DNA of 64,000 nucleotides from Podarcis tiliguerta (Eukaryota): NCBI GenBank assembly GCA_965153285.1, contig OZ229111.1; one strand, given 5' to 3'. Below are positions 50,001 through 62,000 of the stretch, in pieces; positions within the stretch are counted from its first letter, which is position 1, and each line of letters begins with the position of its first letter. The notes beneath the pieces were generated by a model, which was given only the letters and a program-made list of their open reading frames with translations, made no database searches and was not told the DNA's origin. The translations under genes and the position numbers were made by a program.

Positions 50001-53000
50001 GGCTCCTCCAACATGGAGATGCACAGCACCTTTGCAACAAAAAGAAGACGTCACGGTGCATTTTAAACTAATTGAAGTATTACAGTAATTTAAAATGGAT
50101 AGAGGCAATTCGGCAAGCGCTTGTCTGCACCGAGTTAATGCATACTGTTGGGTGTGTTGTGCTTCCAGAAGGCTGTTCCTTGAAACGAAACGAAAAGCCT
50201 CCTCCAAAATGTCCCTTTAATAATAATTTATTATTTATACCCCGCCCATCTGGCTGGGTTTCCCCCACCACTCTGGGCGGCTCCCAACAGAATACTAAAA
50301 ACATGATAAAACATCAAACATAAAAAACTTCCCTAAACAACTTCCCTTTATGTTTTATCATTTCAGTATTTGTCATTTTAAAACCGCATGTAGGTTTTAA
50401 GGGAGTAGGACTGCATGTTTTAAACTTAAAGCAACTAATATCTTCTGATAAGACTTTAAAAAAATGGTCCCAATTACCGTATTTTTCGCTCTATAACACA
50501 CACCCGACCATAACATGCACATAGTTTTTACAGGAGGAAAACAAGAAAAAAAATATTCTAAACAAAACAGTGGATGTATGATTTTTGTGGTTCATGTGAT
50601 CTGACAGTGAGTTTGGAGTAGCCCAATGCAAAAATCCTGAGGATCCATGTGGATCCGTGCTTTGTAACCACGTTTTAAAAGGGGAGGGAAGGAATAGCAC
50701 TCAAGGGACAAGGAGCACGCGTGGGGTGTGTGGAGAAGGATGCTGCTAATAATGCAGAAGAGGGCTCTTCTCCTCTCCCACTTTGCTCCTTTAAAGCAAG
50801 CAGGCTCTGCTTTTCTCCTTCCTCCCCGCTCATCCCCGGCTTAGCGAGCTGAAAAACTTTGCTGCTATGTAGCGAGCTGAGTGGGGAGAAGAGAGGGACA
50901 GAGAGCCTGCTTGCTTTAAAGGAACTAACCGGACAGGAGTCGCTTACACGAGTGTAAGCGGCTTCTCTCGTCTCCTGCTTTGCTCCTTTAAAGAAGCAGG
51001 CTCTCTGTCCCTCTCTCTTCCCCACTCAGCGGCTCTTCTCTGCTTTGCTGTTTCAAAGCGAGCCACGGAGGAGGGAAGGAAGGGGAACCATGGATCCTCT
51101 GCTCACAACTGCAGCAGATCCCTCCCCCCGCCACCCGTAGGCATTCCCTCCATAACACGCACAGACTTTACTTACTTTCCCCTTACTTTCTAGGAGGAAA
51201 AAAGTGAGTGTTATGGTGCAAAAAATACAGTACCTCACAGCAGATTATATACATTAACAGAGGTATGAACCACTATGTTAAGAAAAGCACATAGGACAGA
51301 ATGTCTCTTTTGATGTATGCACCTATATTGCAGAGCTGGCACAGTCCAACAGAAGGGTGCAATTTGCTTGAAATGTGTTGCTTATACTCATAAGCAAATT
51401 TTGCCAATCAATGAACAGGCACCACTCATACGGGTAACAGACTAAAACTGCAATCCTGCACACACTTATTTTGGAAGCAAGCACCATTGAAAACAGCGGG
51501 ACTTGCTTCTGAGTAAACATACAAATGACTCTCTAATCAGGAGAGAGCCTTTGTAAAGAGCTGAACACCCTGTTCCTTTTAAAGAAAGGTTCTTCAGCAT
51601 CTGTTGCCACTGACAATTTCTACACTGCCCATAGATACTGCGATCCATCATACAGGGCTGGAATGTGTGAATAATCAAATAAGATGGGGATGCCAGGTAT
51701 ACTAATCAAGTGTCTCTTTATTTATTATACATGCTAGCCTTTTGTTTTCTATGGAACATTAAGCTATGGGGGTTTGTGGGAGGGCAGAATCCAACTAATT
51801 TGATCTATCAGCAGAAGGAATTCCACTTGCACAAAGGAACTTCCCCCTCCCCCATGTGCATCTCACACCTGCTGCAAATCTGCTCTGGAGGGTTGGGGAA
51901 AACCCATAACAGATTTAGGGGGTCCATGGGGTGTTCCACTATGCAAGCAGAAACCCTTGTGCTGACAGAACGAATTAGTTGGATACTGCCCACAGTTTTC
52001 ACATTTCAGCATAAGGTAAAGGTACCCCTGACCATTAGGTCCAGTCGCGGAGAACTCTAGACAGCTTTATTGGCTGAGGGAGCCGGCGTACTGCTTCTGG
52101 GTCATGTAGCCAGCATGACTTAGCCGCTTCTGGCGAACCAGAGCAGCGCACGGAAATGCCGTTTAGCTTCCCGCCGGAGCGGTACCTATTTATCTACTTG
52201 CACTTTGACGTGCTTTCGAACTGCTAGGGAGGGATAAAAGCTTAAAACAACTTATTTGGAACCCCCTATTTGCAAAATTTTCAAGCACCAAGTGCTTTGA
52301 AAGTTAATGTTGCTAGCAAAGTCATCTTTGCTGAGCATAGTTGATCGTGTATCCTTTTCATTGGAAGTTGCCAAGTAGTAGCACAGAGCAATCTCAGAGA
52401 GTCGTTTCTAATGGTGCATTTAGTACCGAGGCAGAGACAGCAGGCATACATTGTACTCCAGCTATAGTAGCAAACCAATTGCAAAAAAAAGACTGCTTTC
52501 TGCCCTTCCAGCGCCACTTACTGGAAAAGATAGAAGCCCTGCTCGTGTTATGAAGAGGACAGGAAAAGCAGCCATTTACACACAACTGACACGATACAAA
52601 GCATTTCTGTACTCCACCTCTCCAGTTACATAACGCATTGTAAGAAGTCACCCCAAATGATCAGCTCTGAAAGCATCTTGCCCACAGCACGGACACTCGG
52701 TAAGTGAAATAATAGCTTCCCAACACCACCAGAGCCATTACATAAGCATTACACATTAACCTAAGTGGATTTGGTGCACAATGAGTGGCCCACTCTCTCA
52801 CACTGTTGAGCGAAGGAAGGAGCATGTGAGGTGAGCCAAGGCAGATTCCCATTAGGCTTAAGCGGTCAGTTACAGGGAAGCCTGCCAACCACAGGAACCT
52901 CAGATGACTGAACGACTTCCTGGGCTAAGCCTGCAGCAGTTGTAGCACTTCCTTCTTCAGTTCCTGTATGCCCTGTTGCACACGTGGCCTGTGTGAACAG

Positions 53001-56000
53001 CTGTGCAACAACAAGTTGGGAGACAATCACTCAAACCCAAAATGCTGAGGAACTTCACCTAACACCACTCCTCTTGCCCAGAAGCAATCTTAGGCTTGCC
53101 AATCAGAAGGTCGGCGGTTCGAATCCCCATGACCTAGCAGTTCGCTGGATTCTATTGTTTAATGGATTTTACAATAAACCACACTGAGTACTTTTCATAA
53201 CAGTGTATAAATACTTTCAAGAAATTGATACACGTCTCGGAGAGTAATTAAGGGCAGCACTGCAGATGCAAAATATGAAGAATCACTAGTGTAATAGTGG
53301 GTAATCTGTGGTCCTCTAGATGTTGCCGAACTTCCAACTTATAGGGAATATTATGGTGCTGGTTGGAGTTTAGACTTAGTGTTGCTGTGTTTATAATGGA
53401 TATATGGTTTTACACCTGTTTTATATTCCTGCTTAAATTATACTGTATGCTGTGTTGTTAGCCAAAAGGTATAAAAACTCTTAAACAAATAAGCTGCATT
53501 TAGCATGGCTTATGGTCAGTGATGATGCGGGTTGAAGTTCAGTAATATCTACTTGATTTAGCAATATGAAACAGCATCCTACCCCCATGAAAGATTTCCA
53601 ATGGTCATTCTCACAGCTGAAAGCTGTAATTGCTATCAAGGGTCTCTATATTTCTATTAAAATGCTTTACATTTTTAGCTCCCGAAAGATGGAGCCTATA
53701 AATACAAAACATCATTCCGTTTACTAGCTTACCAAAAAATAAAATACTGTAAAACAAAAAAATCCAACACACAACTAGTATTCCACAATGATCACCCAAA
53801 TCTGGGCGCTAATAATAACACATTGGGTATTTCAAATCCAAGCAACACCCAGAATCTGAACCCTCAAAGTAAAATGTAGTTCCAACTAAAGCTCCCCGAG
53901 AAATCAAAATCCGCCACATACCTGCAAGTGGATCTGCGTTGGCGATAACAAAGAAGTCTATCACTCGCGATGTAAAGTCAAAGGCAGTTTGCTGATTGCC
54001 ATAAACGACAGAAATGCTATGCCTGTCACCATAGCTGGCGCGTGGCATCCCTCCTTGAAATATAATGTAAGGAAGCCTTAGAGAAAAAGAAAATGTAACA
54101 GATATACAATTTAGGTACCTTCCTCCAACTTAAAAGCATTTCATGCTACAAGCTAACCAAACCACTGCAGAGACAGAATAATTCTCTCTTGTGGCAAAAT
54201 GCATTCCCCTGAATCTTTAGAATTTCTCTTAAGTCTCCAGCAATCAGAGAAGCACAAATTTGCTGCTTTAAAGTCCTAAGTGGCCTGGGCACAGGATCTC
54301 AAGGACAGCTTTCACTACCCATCAATTAGCATTGTCTAGCACCTTTCTCTGTGTGCCCCCTTCCCTCTTTCAAAAAGTCAGAACCGTGGTCAGCGGAGTG
54401 AGGGCCTTCTCCATTGTGGCACCCAAACTGTGGAAGAGTCTCCTTCAGCAGAATCACTTAGAACCAAAGACATCATTTTTTAGATGTTTCAAGAAGTCCA
54501 CCTGTTCTCTCAGAATATTTAATATTACTGTGTTTGCTTTTTAGCTGTTTTTATTTGCTGCTTTTATCTCCTTTTTAATTATATTGCTACAGATATAGAA
54601 TGTTATTGTTTTAGGATTATTTGTTTGTAAGCCACCTAGGAAGGAATTAATGGTAAAATGTAAGATATAAATCCTAATTTTTTTATATAAAAAAACTATG
54701 GCAATATTATTTCTGAGTGAATTGAAAAGAGCAGGCAATTTCTAATTGCCCTTCCATTATGTGGATCAGCTTTCAGTGTTCAGATTATAAAGAGAGGACT
54801 TTTGCTGACACCTCAGTCAGCTGCAGAATTTCTAGCAAGCAGCAGCTCAGCTCTTGTTACTAAAAGGTCACTCTAGAATCTTAGGAGAATGGGCAGCATT
54901 GTAATATCTGCCAAGGTACTTACCCATTCTTTGTTGTTTGCCAGTAAATCTTGGAGATGGCCTTGCAAGGAAAAGGACCTAGAAGGGCAGATTTTTAAAG
55001 AAGATGCCATGTTTTAAATAAATGCTTATTTTATTATATTGTTGTCAATTTATTATTTCTTTATGTATCGCTACCTGTGAAGCACCACAAAGCAATTTCA
55101 CAATGCAATAAACAAATATAAAAACAACTGCACATATAAAACCATTTCAAATCCAAGACAATTATTTTAGTCAAAAATCCACACGACTGAAAGTAGCTGG
55201 AGAATCTTTTAGTTTTATCATTTAAGCTGACACGGCATGGCAGCACACCCCTAATTTTCCCATATGAAAGAGAAAGTGTTCATTACATAACTTTGCCCTG
55301 ACAACCTCGTCTTGCTATCCACACAGACAGTTGCATCAGAAGCACCATGAATAATAAAGGTTGCTTATGAACCAAACAATAGAGAAACTACTGTATTTTT
55401 CGCTCTATAAGACGCACCAAACCACAAGACGCACCTAGTTTTTGGAGGAGGAAAACAAGAAAAGAATATTCTGAATCTCAGAAGCCAGAACAGCAAGAGG
55501 GATCACTGCACAGTGAAAGCAGCAGTCCCTCTTGCTGTTCTGGCTTCTGGGATAGCTGCACAGCCTGCATTCGCTGCATAAGACGCACACACATTTCCCC
55601 TTACTTTTTAGGAGGGAAAAAGTGAGTCTTATAGAGCAAAAAATACAGTACTTGTACTAAAAACAGACCCGTCACTCACTAAAGACACCCCTAACAGTAG
55701 AAAGCCAACCATTTCCCACTGGCTCCAGCATTCCAAAGTCTGGAAAGCCACCATCACTTTAGCAAGACTTTGGTCCTCAGATGCCACCACCCACCCAGGG
55801 CACTGCTCCAATTCAGTGCTCTAATTAAGGCCTACACAAAATATATTTTATGGCATATGGATTTCGGCAGGCTACAATATAACAATTCTCTTGTTTTTGC
55901 CACCCCAGGCAGGCACAATTCAGACGTTTGAGCCTCAAGCGGGCAGCATTCAGCTTGGTGGGTCCCATGTTGTAAAGACTTGCTGCTCTGAACACACGTC

Positions 56001-59000
56001 AAATCATGTACGGTTCCGAAGGCATGCACTGCCAGCCCCCGCCCATACTGACCGTAAGGCACTTTGCTTTCCAGGGGCTCTGGCTGCCTATCATCACTTG
56101 AGACAGGCCACTGGGCATAACTCCCGTCATAATGGCAGCTGATGATCTGGCGGCCGTTCCTCTGCCAGAAGAGGTTTTCCAGTTGCTAGGGAGAAACAGC
56201 AAACGAAAGTTCAAAATCACCACTGCGGTCCAATTCAGAAGAAACACCCCACCAAGAACCGTGTGTGTTCTGCTAGTCACAGAATTCGGCCACCTGACCA
56301 TCACGACGACGGGATTGCATGCAAGTCTCAGAGAATGGAAATAAGTTTCTTAGCCCTCGTTATGAGGGAACAAAGGAAAAACTTGCGCTTACAGTACTCT
56401 GGCTGAAGGGTCAGAAACTAAAAGGTGGCCTCTGGCAAGCCTGACTTAAAGCTTATTCCAAACATAGAACTGGATTTGGAGAGGGGCGGTATGTGCAGTT
56501 TATACAGAGTTATGGATGCAATCTTATTCTAAGGACTGAAGATCCGTAGCCCAGGGGCTAACTTCATGTGTGCCAGCTCAGGGTGACTTTGTGTAAATGA
56601 ACTACAGGGTTAAGCATCCACCTCCTGGGTTTGTCTCTTCCACATCTGCATTAAAAAATGGTTCCAGGACTCCATTACAACATGCTACATAGAATACATA
56701 ATTAATTGCTCAAGTAGGCTTTCCTGTTCTGTTTTCCTATACGGAATTCTCCCTGCACCTTGCTGTATATTCCAGGAATGAAAAGCTTTCCTGGCTGCAA
56801 CTCAAAGCCCCAGAAGGTATTAGTACCTGATTGCCAAGGAAATGGTGCGTCGCTTTGTTATTTATCAAGTCCCAGAGGACAATGAGGCCCTTGCTGTAGC
56901 CAATCAAGATCTGATTGGGGTTCTGGGGATGTTCCCGTAAGGCTTCCACCAATTCAAGGGACCTTCTGTTGAGGTACTCCTCTGGCACACTGTGAAGAAA
57001 TGCGGGGGGAAAGGTTATGAACTATTATGAATGCCAATGAAGCCACCAATATATGGAAGGATAGAAAGAAAACAGTTGGAAATTCTCCACCTTTGCACTA
57101 TCATGTCAGGGATCAATTTGGACATCATGGGAAATAGCCTGGCTAAAACCACCTGCTTGTAGCTTCATAGCCTCCATCCTAACTATGCTGCCCTAACCTC
57201 TATATCTGCCACTGCAGCCCAGTGGCATTCTGATAATTTGTTTTTTATTCCATTTATTAACTGCTTCCCATAAAAGATCTTGATGCCATTTCCCACCAAG
57301 TGCTCGCTCCTTGTGATTCTCCCAAAGAAGCACCGAAATCTCCAGTCAATGAAATTGTTTCCCATGTCCTGAGTCACTGTTGTTACAATTAAATAATTAT
57401 ATTCACTCTTCTTCTTTTTTTTCTTAAGCGATGGACTTGTCAATTTGACTTATACTGACAACATTGCTGTAGCTCAACCAGGTACTTTCCTGACAGTGTC
57501 AGACTCCAGACTCCCAACGGCCTTAGCCAGTATTGCCAATGGTCAGAGATTATGGGAGTTGCAGCCCGCAACATCTGGACAGCACTAGGTTGGGGAAGGG
57601 TACCACAGTTATTATGAAGTATTTAAAAGGTAGTCACAACTAATGTACAGTGGTACCTCGGTTTTCGAAAGTAATCTGTTCCGGAAGCCAGTCCGAGTTC
57701 TGAAACGTTTGAAAACCGAAAACTCAATATGGAAGCCTCAGTACGGAAAACTCAATACGGAAGCTGCGTGACATGTTCAACTTCCGAGGCCATGTTCGAA
57801 AACTGAAGCATTTACTTCTGGGTTTACAGCGTTCGAGTTCTGAAATGTTCGTCAACGGAGACATTCGAAAACCAAGGTACCACTGCATTTAAATTATTAA
57901 AGGGTGAAAGCTGAATCCTGAAAATACTGGGGGGGGGGGGAGAAACAAGCTTCTGAACCTTACTTGGACTTTTATACTCCCCTCCTACCACCACACCCAC
58001 ACCGGGAAATTGTAAAAAACGCCCCCAAACCACTGGGGGGCAGGGCTGAGTACAGCTCCTGGTTACCTGTGAAGCTCAGTCTGCCAGGACAGAGAGACCT
58101 GCTCATCCACACCAACAAACCAGCATATAACACTGGAATTAAGAAGCTGCCGTGTAACCAGAATGACATGCAAGTCCCAGGAACAAGAAAGAGTTCAAGT
58201 CAGACCATGTAGGCAGGGACTTGAATACATTTCCAGAGCAACCACGGAGGTGGCACCAATACTACTACTTCAGGTTAATATGTTAATATAACCAGTTTTC
58301 AAAGGTCTTGCAGGATTTTTACCCTCATCGTAACGCATGCGTAACACAACACCCCGAAATCATCCCTAGATAGTGCAACTCCAGCGTCTCATTTTACCGT
58401 TGCAGCACAACATCTGGACTGATGGTCCGGTCTTCTAGCACTCTGAAGGATGGGATCTCCACCACAAAGACATTACCACTCTCGGTGCCAAGATAAAGAA
58501 GTTCCTGCGAGGAGTGTGCGAGGATTGCTGTTACCTGGGTAGCACTTGGAGGAGAACTGTAAGTGGAGGGGGAAAGAGATACTGGTAAATTACAGCTGGG
58601 TGAAATTAGTTGCCCAGGCAGCTTATATATACTGTAATACAAAGCAGATACTTGATCCAACAGCTGTGTGTAAAGGATTCAGAAATTATTATTCATCACC
58701 AGATATTTAAGTATAAATTCTCAACCCACAATTCTCAGTTGCAGGGGCAGGGGGGAGGACATATGATACAAAAAGGGCTAATGCATACCATTAGTGTGGG
58801 AACAGAAACTTGCTAGTAAGCTGTCCTACAACTCTACAGGGACAAACAATTTAAGCCAGGCATGTCCAAAGTCCGTTTTTGGGGCCTAATCTGGCCCTCT
58901 TTGAAAAAAGTTTGGACACCACTGATTTAAGCAATCAATAGAATATGTTAAGCAGGGTTTAAAGACAAAACAAATGAAAAGGAAAATGTACTAAACATTT

Positions 59001-62000
59001 TATAAGTGCACACTCAAACTTTAAGCTAACCAGCGAATCGCTTGGCGCAACAAAATCTGCAGCAATCCCCCCCCCCAAAAAAAACAAATTCAATGGTGTT
59101 GAACTCTTTCACTAAGCCTGTAGCACACAAACCCCTGGCCAGTTTAGACAACAGCCGTCTCTTTGCTCTTTGCTCACTCAAGATTCTCTCCCTCCCTTAA
59201 CTGAACCAAACTATAGTTGCTTGGTTCAGATGTAACAGCAAACTGTGGCTTGCTCAAAGATGTATGGAAGAACTCAGCTCCATTAAGTCAGAGGAACGTA
59301 CAAGTCTACACTCCTAATTCCTGCACAACATGAAGGTTGGTGAATATTACTTCTGAATAAACCCTTAGTTTGTAGAAAGTCATGTAACACACATGCATGC
59401 AACCTTTCTTCCCAATTTAGAAACGAGAAACAGGCTTCCCAGAGCACACAGAACTAGTAAAAAAGCAGGCATTTGCTTAAACAATAAAAACAAAACAAAA
59501 GCCTATCAGAATGCATCTCCTGGCCCACTTCTGATGGAGAAAGAAGTATCCCAGTTACCCAGGAGGCCCTCGGAGTGTGAAATGTCTTTCTTCCTGCAGC
59601 TCAGACATATTGCTGTGGGTCTGTTTCAGGGTCCATAAATGCAGGCTGTTATCATCTAGCAATGTCAACAAGCGGCACTGAAAATTAGACACACAAAAGG
59701 AGGAATGAGCAAGCATTCAAGTAGTACAGAGTGCCGCAACATTTCAAGAGGCACGTTATTCAGCAGTTGTGTTTATTAAGCCACAGTACATGACCAATCA
59801 AGAATGAAGTTTTAGCCGTCAGAAGGGTTTGTACTACTGTAGTCCTATTAACGTGAAGATAAGCTGTTTGGTAGAAATAAACACATCTGACAAAGCGAGC
59901 ATGAGACCACAAAACTGATGCTACAGAGCTCCGGTGGTTTTTTGCTTCAAGAGACTAACATGGCTCTCCTGGGGGGGGGAATCAATAGAAACAGGTAGCC
60001 CATTTCAGCACAGGACCAGGAGATATTAAACTCCTATATAGGGTAAGGTCCTTATGGAGGGAAACTCTACGGTAAGACAGTACCTTGCAAGCAAATCAAA
60101 ATGTCAAAACAATCTTCAATATTTTTGCAGTTTGGATTCTAATGTCAAAATCAGATCCAGACATTTGACATACAGGTTTCAGGTTTTTATGTAACTTTGT
60201 AAATTATCTTATGCTGGTAAGTTATATTCTTAGATTGTTGTATGCTTAAATATTGTTTAAATAAAATTATTTAAAATATTACTTCAGAACCCTGTGTGAC
60301 ATCAAATTGCAACTGGTATCTACTTTCGTCCATTCAAGAGGATGTTTTTAACTGAATGTTGGATGCTACTGCAAAATCAATTTCAGATGCTGATATGGTG
60401 AATTCTGTCTGAGCATCCAGCACATATTTGATGTGAGAATTTGCAGAGGAGAACTGACGAGAAGGACAGGGGAGGTGGCTAATTTCAGCTCCAGTAAATA
60501 TCACAATCATACAAATCAAATGAACCTGAATATACCTAATTGCTTATTCTAGTTAAGAATGAGTCTCTTTGTAATGCACTACTTCACCAGCAATTGGCCT
60601 GTTCCACCTTCTCCAATCAGGATCTTTATGCCTTCATCTGTGCTGATTCTCTATACTTGGAAATACTACCTCCATCTCTTATATTTAAGTCACTCCTTTA
60701 GCACCTCTCCAACTCCACTTTAGTAAAGGCTTTCCTGAGCCAAAATACAATCAACCACTTTCCATGACTCACACACACCTTGACTGCTATTTAAATCAAC
60801 CTCCTGTTCCCCAGAGCAAACTCCAGGCAGTGGCAAGGCTGGGCATCTGCCAGAGCCCCAAGACCATCATCACTCCTTTGCACAGAGTAAAAAAGCAGAT
60901 CCGATGCAGTTTGGGAATTCTGTGTTTGCATGTCTTGCTTCTCTTAGGTCAGGGAGAGGGAGTACTGAGGATACTGTGCTTGAAGCAGCACCAAAATCTT
61001 TCACTTGGTCCTGCCCTTTCTTTCTGTTTTGTTCACTTAACACAGAGTCAAGTGCTCTATGTAGAGACCTGGTCATATCTGTGCTCTTTTGTCATGCTAG
61101 AATTCTGTACTTCACGTCCCAGAGAAGTACCTGCTCAGTTGTCAGCTTTGCTGGGCTAATAACTTGAACTCCTTGTAGCTCTGAGTGAAAAACACATCCC
61201 CACCCTGTTTAGGAGCGAGTGGCTCCTATTCTGTGACTCTCTTTCTCACCTTGCATTCTTTTCACCTGACTTCATCCTAAAGGAGTGGTGCCCCAGAATA
61301 TTTGTTACAAGCCCAACCCTGGCCAATATTTAAGTATTTAAAACCAAGCACTGTCTGCTGAAGCTACACCTAGTACAGCAGGTAACAGTTCCCATGAGTA
61401 TTCTGAGTTATTGCTCATTCCAAATGTTCTCTCTTTATGTGATTCCACTAAGGCATGAAGATCAGCCCAGGCTTGGCAAATGAGTAAGGCAGCTTGCTAA
61501 AATAAAAATGCTCACAACACAGAACTTTCCCTTCCCAATCTTAGAGGCAAAAGCCTTTTAAATAATTTGAAGGTTCTTCTAACATTGCAGGATAATTGGG
61601 AGTTTGTACTCATGAAAGTGTGCTTCTGAAACATTAGTTTCGGGGAGAGTCAACCTGCTGAGTTACAACTTTTATGAAAATACTCCTGCAGCATGTTTCT
61701 TAATAAAGTAGAAGGGGTCCCTTTATATTCACATCCATTTGTCCTACATGGAGAGCCATCTCTCTCTATAAAAGTGCATGCAGGACAAAGGCCAAAGCGG
61801 TAACAATTCTAAATCCTCTCCAACATAATTAAAAGCTGTCTGCCCGCAGCTGGATTTGGGGCTTATGTTTATGAGCAAGAGTGACACAGCAGCATTCTTG
61901 AAATATATTCAGACTACTCCCAGTGGTCTAGAACCAAAATCAGGTTTGAGACTGCTAAGTGCAGGGCTAGTTGATGGGCTCTCCTCCCTCAAGATGTTTG

